Shown here: one piece after another, positions 35,751-51,206 of the stretch
Position numbering within the stretch: position 1 is the stretch's first letter
How the letters are laid out: each line of letters opens with the position of its first letter
Origin: the human T2T-CHM13v2.0 reference genome, Homo sapiens
Strand: one strand, 5' to 3'
Assembly: GCF_009914755.1 (NCBI RefSeq)
Contig: NC_060931.1
DNA: 64,000 bases
Made by a program: the position numbers and the translations under genes
The notes under the pieces: model-generated
Told to the model about the DNA's origin: nothing
Databases searched by the model: none
The model's input: only the letters and a program-made list of their open reading frames with translations

Positions 35751-37919
35751 CTTCTGTGTTCAATTTCCTTTATACAGTAAACCTTCTTGGACAATTCCTT
35801 CAAGTAGAACCTATGAAAAGTGAACTCCTTCTCTGGAAAGGACTTTATGGTGCATTTGCCCAAGTCAACCTAATCAAATTTATAGCTTAACTTAGCTGAG
35901 AGATTTACAGGTACCTCTCAGTACTCTGAGTATATTATTCTATTGTTTTCTGATTTCTACAACTGCCATAACAAATTTTCCTAGTCTAATTTTAATTATT
36001 TTCTATATAATTTTTTCCCTGAGTGTTTTTAAAACAATATTCTTTGGTTTTATTATGTCTATCCTGGATTCAAATTGTTTGTCCAACTCAGAGATTGTGC
36101 TTCCCAAATCGTTAGATTTATGTCATTTGTAAATGTTAGCCCTAATTTATTTGAATTTTTCTCTACTCATTTATTTCTATTCTTACCTTTTGGAACTCTT
36201 TGAGGCATATAATGCTCATTCCATTTTTCATACTGCTTAACCTCTCTTTTATATTTTCTATAACTCTCTTTCTTCACTTTCCAGAGTTCACTAATTCATT
36301 CTTTGGCTGGGTTTAATCTAGCTTTACCTTATTCACTGAGTTTTTTAAATAAATATTTGAATTTCTATGTGACATTTAAACATTTCCTATGTAATTTGCT
36401 GTAACTAACTTGACATACTGAAATTTTACTTAAAGTGTTATCTTGCTACATCCTCAAATGAGTATCAGTATGTTCACTCTTTTTTCCTAGAGATAACTGT
36501 TTCTTTTGAACTTTCTACATTTCTTTTTTTCTATGTTTTCAATTTTTCCAACTCTATTACAAAAAATTTCAGACAGAAAATCTGAACAAATGGTACAATT
36601 AACATCGAAATTTTCTTAGATTCTAAGATTATCTTTTCGTATTTGCTTTTCTCTTTCTCTGCATGTTGATTTCCATCACACCATTTGAAGTTAAGTTTCC
36701 AAGTAACTGACAGAGATAGAAATGAAATAGTGGTTATTTTTAGTGAATTGGGAGGGGCACAGGAGAACCCTCTAAAGCATCAGGAAATGTCCTACATCTT
36801 AATCTACATGGTAGTTACACATGTAAAAACTCTGAGCGATATACTTCAGATTTGTACCCTCTACTGTGTATAAGTTCCATCTCAAAAAAGCGTGGGTTTG
36901 CGGGGGAAGTTGCAGTCATCCTAACACTTTACTCCTAAATACTTATACATGTAATTCCTAAGAACAAGGACATTCTCCTATATAATTACGTTACCATCCT
37001 CACATTTAAGAACGTTAATTCCATAACAATATGTAGTATTCAATCAATGTTAAAAATTTCCCAAGTCCCAAGAATGATTCTTCCCCCCTCAGGATTACAC
37101 ACTGCATTTGGTTGTTATGTGCACTTGGTCTTGTACAGTGTGGAATAATCCCCAACCTTTTTATTGTCCAAGACATTAACTTATCAAGGAGTCTAGGGCT
37201 ATTGTCTTACAGGAAGTCAACATTCTGAATTGTCTAATTGTTTCCTCATGGTGCTTACCTTTTTCCTCTATCCCCTGTGTTTCTTATAAAATAGAAGGTC
37301 CCAATCCAAGCAAGAATACTTCATAGATGATGAGGTTTAAATCAAGACTACCTAAAAGTTCTACTTGGTTCTTTCTTAGGAGTCTAACCCTGCTGTTTTA
37401 AGTCTGCTAACTCACTGATTGTAGACTGTTTCCTTGCATGTCTTACAACTTGAGATCTTGAGATAGTCAGTAAAGCATTATTTCTGTGAATTCTATGAGA
37501 CCTAGACGGGCTGAGGGAGGGTTTCCATTGCTTCTGTGCAGTGCCTGAGTGCTATTACCACTCCAAGACCAGTCGTTATGTCCACTTCATGGCTTGAGGG
37601 TTCCTGGACAATGCAGGCAGTATAAATTTGAATCCCACACAATGATGAGAATAGGTCCATAGTTAAAAAATCACAGGGGAAACTTTATTTAGAGTACTGT
37701 CAAAGACAGTCAAGTTTATTGTTATCTTTATGTATTCTGGTAATAGATTTCAGCCTTTCACTGAAGGTAATGTCCTTCAAAGGGTCAGCTTTATGTGAGA
37801 ATCTGGGTTCCAACTACCTTTGTGACACAGGCTGAAGGCCCAGTGTTGTATTCCCACACATTGATATTCACATCCTTTGTTCCAGAGTGACAAACTGGCC
37901 CACCTGAGGCCACGACCGC

Positions 37920-38535
<616 letters not shown>

Positions 38536-40533
38536 CGATACCTTAACATATCAGCTCCTATGCTTTTCTGGTTTTTTCAACTCCGTCTTTGTTTTCACCC
38601 TCTATAGGTTTTTCTATTGAGCTCAGCTATACATTTAAATAAACATATTTTATTCAGCATTTCTAGTTGAGAGAGATATTTCTAGACCTACTAGAATATT
38701 GCAATGTGATATACATAAAGAATAAGTAAGTAATATCAGAGTTTCCAACAGCTTTCCTTTTCTCAATTATAATACCTCTCAGAAAAACCTTCAAGTACAA
38801 GTCTTTTCACAGGCTGCATTGTACTACATGGTGTGGCTGTACCATGATTTATACAACCATTTCTCTACTGATGACATTCTATATTTTTTTCTTATTACGA
38901 TGATTTAACAAATATCCTTGTATAAATATTGGTGCTTTTATGTGCTAAATTCCCAATAGATGGAGTACTGGCTTGGAAGATACAGTTCTTGTAAATTTTG
39001 ACAGATATTATCAAAGTGCTTTCCAATAAGCTGTGATACTTCACATTTCTATCCTTAACTAAGGGAGCAGTTTTCTCACTACACCCCTGCCAATAATAAT
39101 TTATATTTTGCCAGACAGATGAAATGATCTCATAGTTTTAATTTGTACACTCACAACTGACTGACTGCATCTGAACAGTGTTCACATGCTTTACTGTTCA
39201 TTTGGATTTCATCTTATACGAACTGCCTATTTATATCTTTTCCCTATTTTTCTGCTGGGTTTTGTCTTTTTCTTGCCAATTTTGAAGTGTTCTTTGTATA
39301 TTCAGAAGACTATTTACTTCTTGGTATCTGGGCACCAATGCTGTTTCCAAATTTATACAGACTATTGACTCTGTTAAGGTTTTTTTTTTGTGGGGGGGGG
39401 CATACATAATTTCAAAATTGTATTTAATCCATCTGTCTCCTACAGCTTTTGAGCTAATTAAGTTTTGATTAAGATAGTGACCTCAACTCCTAGATTTTAC
39501 ATGCAGCCTACTAGATTTTTCTTGAAAGATTTACATTTTTTTTTTTTTTTGGTATTTAATCTCTTGATTCTGATAGAATTTACTTTTGTAAGCAGTCTAA
39601 GATGTGGGCCCAATTTTATTTTCTTCTACATATGCCAGCACCAAAAATTAAATAATTCACCTTCTTCTTACTGATTGAACCATTTTTTTCATATTACATT
39701 TTCTGAAATTCTGGGATCTATTTCTAGATACCTATTATATTCCACTGAAATAATTTTCAGTCCCTAGATACCCAAAGTGTCTTACTTTTAATATTAGCTT
39801 GGCTATTAACTTCCATCAGATCTTTAATGGCCCTGATCCACTGCCTTCTAGCCCTCAGTTTGCCAATGAGAAAACGATCCAGTTTTCATTCTCCCGCAGA
39901 TTACCAGTTTATCTTTCTGAAAAGGTTCTCTTTCAACTTTCGAATTATACAGCAAGTATCCAGGTCAATCTCTGTTTTTGTTTTCCTGTTGACAGTCAGT
40001 TGCCCCTATCTATCTGAAGGCTGGTTTTTGTTTAACACAGGAAAATTTTCCTGTATTATGTCTGTGAATACATCTTCCCTCTATTTTTGTTTGCTTCTTT
40101 ATTAAACAGAAGTTGGAACTTTTGCTCTCTCCATGTCTCTTATCTTTTTTCTCATATTTGCCCACTTTATCTCATATCTTAAAAGGTATGTCTTTAGCTT
40201 TACTTTCCAAAATACTTATTAACTCTAGCTATCCTAATGTTTGGCCTTTCTGTTTAACAAAAGTCAACAATCATACTTTCAATTTGCACAAACTCTGTGG
40301 TCCTCTGAATGACTCAATTTTTATATCAAACTGATTTGGCTTCAAGAATGAAGTACATCCTGAGCTATAATATTTTTACATCTTCTAGTTGCTTTCTTTT
40401 CTTGAGTTTTCTCTGTTGCTGTTGGTGTTCTAGTCATATTTATAAATAAAAATTAGGTTGATTTGGTGTGGACTTACTCCTGTACAGTTGTATAGGTCCA
40501 ACAAATGGCAAGTGGTTTATTATGTTGACAAAC

Positions 40534-41481
40534 TCTGATATTGTGGTTTATAATAATATATATTTTGGTCTTCAACCCTTTGGCCTCCAACCCCAGTTCT
40601 AGGCACAGAGCTCCTAAAACTCTTGTAATTTCCTGAGTGATCAGGGTGCCAGGTGCATCTTTTGTTCTCATATTTGTCTTTGACCTTGGTTCCTGACACA
40701 GAGCTCTGATTCCCTTGGAATTTCCTAGGTGGTAGGAGCATCTTTTGTTCCAACAAGGTGAGTTTTGGTGGGTTCCTGAATGGAAGGTGGTCAAAAGAAA
40801 GACCAAGCCATAATGTGAACTTTCAGCCCCATCCACCAACCTCTGAGAAGTGGGGAGGTCGTGGAGATTGACCTAGTAAATATCACACCTATATGATGAA
40901 GCTTCCATAAAAATCACTGAAATGCAATGTTCCTAGAGCTTCCAGGGTGCTGAACATTTGGAGGTAGTGGAAGGTGATGCTCCTAAAGAGAGCACAGAAG
41001 CTCTGCATCCCTTCCCACATACCTTTCCCTATGCATTTCTTCCATCTGGCTGTTCGTCTTTTACCTCTTGTAACATCCTTTATAGCAAACCAGTAAATGT
41101 TAAGTGTTTCTTGAAGTTCTGTGAGCTATTCTAGCAAATGATCAAAGATTAGAAGATGTGGGAATCCTTGATTTATAGCCAGCTGGTCAGAAGTGTAAGT
41201 CACAACCTGGAACTTGGGACTAGCATCTCAAGAGGGGGACAGTCTTGTGGGACTGAGCTCTTAACCTGTGGGGTCTATGCTATACCTGGGTAGATAGTGT
41301 CAGAATTGAGTTAAATTGAAGGCAACTTAACAACAATTGCAGACAATTGGGTGGAGAACCCAGTTGATTATCTACAGAGAACTGGAGATTGCTTGGTGGG
41401 GAAAAACACCCCCACACATCTAGTCACAAAAATTTGTTGTGTTGACAGTATAGTAGGGGAAAGCAGTTTGTTTTCCAAACA
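40534..41481 (+). mobile_element. MER21-type solo LTR
   Basis: tgatattgtggtttataataat...tttggtctt start; internal duplicated cacagagctc...atcttttgttc block typical of MER21. Confidence 0.75.
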
Positions 41482-43060
41482 GATTACTAATGGGTACAGA
41501 CGTGAGAAGAAGTCTGGTATATTCCAGATGGAAGCAGAGTATTATTTTACTCCTCGGTAGATTAACGTTTACTTTTTACCCCACTGGATTTCTCTGAGGT
41601 TCAGGGACATCTGATGTTCAGTTCCACCATTTAAACACACACAGCAGTCACATAGAACTCTCCAGGCAGAAATTTTGTTTAGAAAACGACTTTTAGAGCT
41701 TTTTCATGGAATAAATGCTACAAATTATTTGTTCCATATATACAGAAGAGGAACTAACAGGATCCCCTTGTTGTACAACTCCAGGAGGCAACATTCACAT
41801 CTCTATGGACATGTGCAATGTAAGGCTATACTGGGGACTCAGGACTCAGCAACCCATTATCAGATGTCTAAAAATATCAGGCCATGACCTTTAAAAAATT
41901 TTTTTTGAATTCAGAATTTCAATGTTTTTAGTTGAGGTTTGTTTTGGTTCTCCACAGGACTCACAACTAACACACACCTTCAAAATATTCATATTTATAT
42001 CACCAGCTCGATTTATGAAGACACATGACTTTGTCTTCCTGCCAGAGCAAGACCTTCGACTAATTACTCTGACGACTACCCAAGAGGCAAATCCACTTCT
42101 TTGTAATCTGCTGACTATGCTATCTGCTTCATCAGGATTTTGCTAAGAATGGCTCCCTTCATGTAAGAATCTAGCTCCTAGTATTTTGTTTGGTTTTCTA
42201 TTTTGGCTTATTTACGTAACCATTCATATATTTTCCATCTTCCAGGAATTCTTAAAAATTTCTAGTTCTCTGACAGAATCCTATCCTGTTTTATTATTCT
42301 TTTTACATATCTTTACTATCATTTCAATGAAATTTCTGGAAAGGAACAAAGATATAAAGGCAAGTGTTTAGCGTGCTATCTTGGACTACAAATCTAAGTC
42401 CACTTTAAAAAACATAATCTCATTCTTGGTACTTGATTTCATTTGCTGCTAGTAGGTTCTACTGCCCTTTGTTCCTGAGTGTTCAGGACAAACAGAAACA
42501 TGTATTTTGATAGAGGAACTGTCATTCACTACCACAAACAATTTTACTTAGAATGTGAATTATCCTGGCTGAGAAGATGTATGTAAAGTCCTTAGCACAG
42601 AACTTGGAACACAGCATGGCAAATGCTCAAATAGTAACTGTTAATGTTAATAAGAATTGAGAGAAGAAAAGGAGAGGAAAAGAGGTAGTTAAGAAAAGGG
42701 TTAACAGATTCAGATAAAAGAGAGAATGGCAAAATAACGTTCTTGAAAGAGTTTAATACCACAAACCCATTTACTGATGATTCATAAGGCCTTTTAAGTT
42801 CACGATATACAGTTTTTCTGAGTATTGAATACGAATTGTTAAACTGGGAGTATGACGGACAAGAACAAGTTACTTATTTAATCTAAGCCTAGCCAGGATA
42901 ATTAAGGTAAGCCTAGTCAATTGCCTAATAGTTATTCATTTATCATTTTACATCTTTGAAGAGTCTCAGTTGTTTTTATTTCTTTTTAAAAGGGAAATTA
43001 TAAGCTTTAGTGATACCTGTAAATTTCTCTTGGCCTCTCTCATAAATATGAGGAGGCTAG

Positions 43061-43375
<315 letters not shown>

Positions 43376-44788
43376 GGAGGCTAGTTAAACTTAATCATTA
43401 GGTTGAGAAATTTGAAAGGCTCCAACAACCCCAATTTTACATTTGTATACAGAAACTCACAAAATTACTAAGTTGAGTGGAACCTGGAAGGAACAATACC
43501 GTGATGAAGAGAAGGGAAACGCCTGGGACTGAAGAACACATTTCCTACTTTCTGCTCATGAATACAGACAATAAAGAATTAATTTAAGATCTACTGGGGA
43601 TGGGATGTTTGCCAGTTTTGTTAGGCTGCTTCGAAGATTATCTATTTACAGATAATTCATATGTTGATATTCCCCTTTTAAGTGGGGCATCCCTGGAAAG
43701 ATATGCTTAGTAATTCCCCATCTTAATGTGGGAAAAATAATTTTAATTTTATTCTACCCAACAGAATAAAGAGAAAGGGTAGAACTGGATTTGTTTTACA
43801 AATTGATTTGTAATTCTGTACAATGAAAAATTAGAGTCTATTTTTTACAACCAACTTTTGTCTGTACATGGAAAAAGGGCAGAAAAAGTATGACTTTTTA
43901 TTTTATTACTTTTTATTCCCTGACAATAAATGATGCCTTTAGAAAGCCATATTTCCTAAGATAAAAACTTACAGGCTGGTAACTCGTAACTCCATTAGTT
44001 TTCTAAACTCATATGCAGGAATTCTTAACTTCTGAAAGTAAAATGCCTCTATAATAACATTTTTTTTTCAAGTCAGAAAGGAATTTTTGGAACATTAAAC
44101 AATGACCAATTGCACTTTTGATTTCTGTTGTCAGAGAAAAAAAATGAAAAATTTTGACTTCAGTTGTATTTGGAATTTTTATTGTCAAAAGTAACCACAG
44201 ACATTTAAAAAGTAGTGATGTATACAGATGGGTTACTTATTAAGTCTACTAACAATATTCGTTGCACTTAAGGATTATAGACCACCCACAATAATTCCAC
44301 AGATTTCTCTTTAAATGCTTCAAATGTTACTTACAGGGTACGCTGTTCCAATGGTTAATACTAATATTCAACAACCAAAAATGAAGTAGATGAGGGGAAA
44401 CATATCAATCACACTGAACGTTCAACATCTGATAATATAACTCAGAAAGGAGATTTCTCAAGGGTGAAGAATGAGTCTTACCTGACACACATTAGATAAT
44501 GAACAAGCTCAAGTCTTAAAATCCTGATTTATTTTAAACTAGTGCTTAGACATGACTGTGGTTCAAGTTTGGCAGACAGGTTTAAATGTCAAATCCAACA
44601 CTAGAGACAATACCATTTATTTCAGTTAAGGAATATAGACTTTGCCACCAAATAATTACATATTTTTCATTCCTGTATGACATGGATGCCTCTATTTGCA
44701 TGACCTCTGAGTATGAAGTAATAATATATTAATTTTCAACAACTGATCTGTCTGAAAAATACAAAGAAACAGCAAAATGGTGATATTA

Positions 44789-45064
<276 letters not shown>

Positions 45065-48000
45065 CTATAAAATAAAGCAGACTTATATTCAATCCGGACT
45101 TTGTCCTGACATTAACAAAAGAGAATATAAAATTTTAGCCTTTGATTATAATCTTTTCACCAGTTGATAGGGTTTTAAGTTTCAAATTACAAAATAAGTG
45201 CCAGAAATACTATAAATGAATACTTTCACCTTTAAATTGATAAATTCTTTGTTATTAGACACTACACTATATTACACCTGATAAATTTGACCTATACATA
45301 TGTGATATCTAGATGGTCCATGAATAATAAAAAAGCACAGTATTTCCAATTTTCTGGTCCACTTATATTTACCTTCCAAATCATGTCTAACGTAAGATAA
45401 AACACTGTATCAAGGAAAAGTGTTCCTCCCATTAAAAGAATTATTTTGTCCCGGAAAAGTTGTAGGCATATGAATTCCATTCGTTCTCTCTCTCTCTCAA
45501 CAGAAAAAGAAGTTGAAAAGGACATGAGGTATTAAGGATTTGTCCAAAAAAACCCCAAAATTTAGGACACAGTACCAGATCTCACTGTTAGTACCAAAAC
45601 CTCCTTAATAGGGTTTAGAAGATGTGTAACTGCCACATTCTTTCTGGAATAGTTATCAGTTAAAATACTTTACTCTTCTCAGTATGGCTGTTTGATGACT
45701 TCTTTCCCCACCTAATGCTGCTTAGAGATTGGAACTAGTATGCAAAGCTGTAAGCCTTGTGAAAAAAGAAAAAAAAAAAACAGAATTGTATTTGAAAATG
45801 TGGCTTATACCCTACAGCCAAGAAATTATGGGGCTACTATCCATCAGAGTATCTTCCTAGAAGTTTCATTTGATGAAGGCTATAAAGTCAAGCAACCATA
45901 CAAGATATCAAATTTTAAAAGAACAGAATGACATTGAACGAATTGGAATATACAAGTCCATAGTTCTTTTTGGCATTGGTAATCCCCTCACTCACACCAT
46001 GCTCTACTATTTCTACCTACCATCTCAAATAGATGCAATACTACAAACATTTATGAAAGAGAGAAGCAAATATTTTAAAATGGCCTTTCCCGTCTCTCAA
46101 GGAGTTTACTGTTGGGCAGTGGAGTAGGATGGGTGTATTTTTATTTGTGTAACTGATGTACATGAGAAATAAACAATATTCTTGACACAAAGTAATAATG
46201 AGGAAGGAGGACAGCCTTGAAAGGTTGGCATTTAGATGGATGAAGAAAGTAGGGAGGAAGGAATCCTCTATATGGGAAAAATTCTGTAACAAAGAGTTTG
46301 TTTTTTCTGTAACAAAGGCGAGAAAGTTTAAGACACATGAAAAACTATAGATAGGTATAGCTCAATGTCATACAATACCTGGGACATAGCAAAAGATCAA
46401 TATATGTTTGTGAAATTTAAATGAAGCTTTAGCAGCATCCCTGTTTTCTTAAAAAGGAAAGAAAGAAATTTAAATGAAAAATAGGTAAAGAAACAATAAG
46501 GCTGAAAAGGTGAAAGGGAATAGATTGTAGAGAGTATATACGCCATGCTATCAAGTCTGAATGTAAGGGAGGAAGGGAGAATTATAAAATGTAGAGGAGA
46601 ATGAAAGAGAAATTTCATTTCAATAAGGGCCACAGGACCCTGCTATGCTGCATCTTACCACATACTTTCGAACAAATAAGGGGGGCGGGGAATAGTAACA
46701 AGAGCTACTGAGGAAGAGATTTAAACTTCATCAAAAGGTCTTCTTTGTTTACAGCCTGCTAGTTGCCCTACCCAGACCCTGTTTCATAGTAGATGAGGGC
46801 ATTATAAACAGATAGATTCCAAATTTTCTGAGCTACAATTTGGTTTAGCTTTCAGTACCAAGGCCTAATTACTTAAGCATACTTCTCTCAATAAAATTTA
46901 TTTATTGAGCCTTCAATCACTCAGTAAATATATACTGATACATGTGCTTGGCACTGTTAGGGCTCAGACTACAACCACACATAAGACAAACACAATTCCT
47001 ACTCTTTGAAGATCACATAAATGCAGTCTGGAACACAAAGGTTCCTCCTGCATGGATAAAATATTCTTATTTACTGTCACCTGAGCAAGTACAGTTACTA
47101 GACAAAATAAACCTTAGGAAAAGTAATGAAAAGAACAATTTTCCAAACATATTTCCTTACCAAAATGTTAGCTTTAATTTTTGAAAGTATACTGATCCCT
47201 CCATGACAGATTATAAACTATCACTTCACCACATCTATCAATAGCTTTTCCTTTTGTTAAGTACAAAACATCTACTTATTCCATCTGTCCCTATCCTCAA
47301 AGCTGCAATCTACCAAGGCCCCTGGCTCATTTTACCTACTGCCCTTGCTGCATTCAATATGAACTTCAATTACTCTTTTAACACTGCCATAGATTTCTCT
47401 AAACCTCTCACCTCTAAAAGCATTTATTTCCATTCTACCTTTAAGACCCGGAGAAGCATCACAGTCTTTACAAAAGCAATAAAAATGATGAAATGATCTC
47501 GATTTAGAACCTCACGCACCCCTGGGGCACACATACTTATCCCAACTTCTTAAATGTCTATCTCATTACATTAATCTGTTCAAGGTCAACATTAATCTCT
47601 CAAACAGTTGCTAAGATTTGGCCATTGTTGTCTTCCTTCACATACTTTGCGGCTCACAACTACAACAATGCCATTGGTGATATCTTAAGATTTTCAGGCT
47701 AATTCTTGTTATTTTATCAACTAGCTTGCCAGATACAAATTTTGGGTAAGTCTGACCATTCAATTGTTCTATTTTTTCCTGTCAGGTTACCACACACTGT
47801 TGGAGAAAATAATAAAACTGGTCTAATTAGTTCTATGATCAATTTATGGAACTTAGATTTGCCTGGTCCTTCACACTACTGCCTGAAAATCATGCTTGTT
47901 TTTAACATCATATTACAGTCAAAACAGTTATTCCAATCTTCCTAATTCTTCTCTGGATCTTAACTTCATCCTTCAACTTTTAATTCACTCTGAAAATAAC

Positions 48001-48596
48001 ATTACCTTCAAATCCACTCTGAAGATCAAAGTCATCAAATGAAAAGTTTACTCTACTTCTTTATCTACAAAATTCTCCACATCTTTCCCCATTCTTCTTC
48101 TACTCTCACTTCAGTGCTAATATTGGGTGTTTAGGGCCTTAGTCTACCATTCCCTCAGTTTTCTCTCATATCATCTACTTTTCCCTTTTCCTCTGTTTTC
48201 TCACTCTACTAATATGAGCAAGCCACTCCAACATATGTGCAAACCTCAACCACAACCACCACCACCATTTCTTTTGGTTATTCAAGATGCTGCAGATACC
48301 AGATACCACTTCTTCAGGAGACAGTTGTTCAAAAACCCTATTCCTTCTCATCAAAACTCTAAATATTTTTCAAAAAGTCTAATTCTAAGCTCTCTTTGTC
48401 AAAATCCAGAAGAGGTATCCTTTCTCTTTATCTCCTTTAGAATATTTTATCATACTCTTCTTTATATGGCAAATTTTTCTCAACTTCAAAATAATTTTGT
48501 GAGGATTAAATGAGATAACACAAGTAAAACAAATTATTGTAGAGACTACCACATAGCAAAAATCCAATAAATATTTGTATTAGTAATAATTGATAA

Positions 48597-48688
48597 CCTG
48601 GGAGGCGGAGGTTGCAGTGAGTTGAGATCACGCCACTGCACTCCAGCCTGGCAACGAGAGCAAGACTCCATCTCAAAAAAGAAAAAAG
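48597..48688 (+). mobile_element. Alu 3' fragment
   Basis: cctgggaggcggaggttgcagtgag...ctcaaaaaa. Confidence 0.9.
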
Positions 48689-49374
48689 AATCTAAGAAGA
48701 CTTAATATCATTAAAATGACAACGCTTCCCAAGTTGATCTACAGATTCAATGCAATCCTTCTCAAAATCTCAATTTTTTTTTGTAGAAACTGACAAGCTG
48801 ATCTTAAAATTCATATGGAAATACAACGGACTTGAAATTATCAAAACAATCTTATAAAAGAAAAAAGAAGTTGGAGGACTTATACTTCCTGATTCCAAAA
48901 CTTAACTATAAAACTATAGTAATCAAGACAGCGCAATAATTTTGGAATAAGAACACACATATAGAACAGAATAGAACAAGGTACAACTAGTAAATCCATA
49001 AAGGCAAAAAGTAGATCAGTGGTTGTCAGGGGCTGGAGGGAATGACTTCCAATGCATGAAGGGTTTCTTTGTGGGAATGATAAAAATATTTTAGAATCAG
49101 ATAGTGGTGACAGTTGTCCATTGTGTAAATACACTAAGAACCACTGAATTACACACTTTAAAAAAGTGAATAATATAGTATGTGAATTATTTCTCAATAG
49201 AACAAGAAATAAAACCTTACATTTACAGTCAATTGATTTTTTTTTTTTACAAAGCCAGCAAGACAATTCAATGCAGAAAGAATGGTCTCTTCAACAACTG
49301 GCGCTGGTACAACTGAATATCCACACACAGAAGAATGAAGTTGGGCTACTACCTCACAACATATCCAAAAACTA

Positions 49375-49533
<159 letters not shown>

Positions 49534-49539
49534 CTATTA

Positions 49540-50407
49540 TATAATTGAGCACCCTCATTTTTCTAAGAAAAAGTTTAATTATTTTTTTCTTTCCTCCTCC
49601 TCCCCACTTCCTACTTAGCTCTTTAGAAATGCAATTATATGCCAGGGGTGGTGGCTCACACCAGTAATCCCAGTACTTTGGGAGGCCAAGGCAGGCAGAT
49701 CACTTGAGCCCAGGAGTTTGAGGCTAGCCTGGGAAACATGGTGAAACCCCATCTCTAAAAAAAATATGAAACTTGGCTGGGCATGGTGGCATGCACATAT
49801 AGTCCCAGCAACCCAGGAGGCTGAAGCGGGAGGATCGCCTGAGCCCAGGAGGTAGAGGCTGCAATGAGCCGAGATCATGCCACTACACTCCAACCTGAGT
49901 GACAGAATGAGATTCTGTTTCAAAAAGAAAAAGATAAAAGAATAAAAGAAATGCAATTATGGCCTTTTATCTCCTTTTCACCAGACATTCCCTACAAGGC
50001 AAGTTGATCTAATTATGTGCTTAGACAATCCTGAGTGGAACTCTCACCCGTCAGGAAGTTGCCTCAAGAGGTAATAGTTGATCTACAACCAAAAGTAAGA
50101 CTGCTAGAGTTTTCAGCCACCTCTGAGGTATTTTTGCCCATGAAGCCACCAACTTGACTGCCTGAGAAAGAAGGCACCGAAGGGAATATGCAGATCTTCC
50201 ACCCGCTCATTTCTGCCCCCGTGTAGGCACCTTCTTTAAAAGCACCCACTTTCTGCTCCAACAGGGAAGCAGTACCCTTAAGGCAGGAAGCCTGTACGTC
50301 TTCTTCCTTTAAGCTAACTTTGGAATAAAAAAGTCACTTTATACTAGACTTTGCTCTTACTAATTGGACTCTGCAGGCAGCAAGCAACTAAACCTGTTTT
50401 GGCTATA
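49540..50407 (+). mobile_element. ERV1-type solo LTR (MER83/MER84-like) with AluJ insert at ~49640-49946
   Basis: gagcaccctcatttttctaagaaaaagtttaatt start, aataaa near the end; Alu TSD agaaatgcaattat. Confidence 0.65.
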
Positions 50408-50517
50408 TAACTAATACTATAAAACTCTTAGGAAAAAAACACAGGAGTAAATCATCCTGACCTTTGATTAGGCAATGGTCTCTCATGTATGATACACCAA
50501 AAGCACAGCAACCACAG

Positions 50518-50595
50518 AAAATAGATAAATTGGAATTCCATCCACATTTAAACTTTAAAATAGATAAATTGGAATTCCATCCACATTTAAACTTT
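50518..50595. repeat. Perfect 39-bp tandem duplication
   Basis: aaaatagataaattggaattccatccacatttaaacttt twice. Confidence 0.95.
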
Positions 50596-50700
50596 TGTAC
50601 TTCAAAAGACAAAATTGAAAGAGTGGGAAAAAATACCACAGAATGGGAGAAAATATTTGCAAGTCATGGATCTACTATCTAGAATATATAAAGAACTCCT

Positions 50701-51206
50701 GGCCAGGTGCGGTGGCTCATACCTGTAATCCCAGCACTTTGGGAGGCCAAGGCGGGAGGATTGCTTGAGTCCAGGTGTTCGAGACCAGCCTGGGCAACAT
50801 GGCAAATCCCCATCTCTACAAAAAATACAAAAATTATCCAGGCACAGTGACGCATGCCTGTAGTCCCAGCTGCCCGGGAGGCTGAGGTGGGAGGATGGCT
50901 TGAGCCTAGGAGGTAGAGGTTGCAGTCAGTCGAGATGGTGCCCCTGCATTCCAGCCTGGGTGACTCTGCCATCTTGGCTCACTGCAACTTCCGCCTCCCA
51001 GGCTCAAGCGATCCTCCCATCTCAGCCTCCCGGGCAGGTGGGACTACAGGCATGCACCACCACGCCTGGATAATTTTTGTATTTTTTGTAGAGACGGGGT
51101 TTCGCCATGTTGCCTAGGCTGATCTCGAACTCCTGGACTCAAGTGATCCATCCACCTCAGCCTCCCAAAGTGCTGGGATTACAGGTGTGAGCCACCATGC
51201 CTGGCC
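50701..51206. mobile_element. Inverted fused AluJ pair (palindromic Alu) without poly(A)
   Basis: Plus arm 50701-~50965, minus arm ~50968-51206; taaagaactc flanks the whole unit. Confidence 0.93.
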
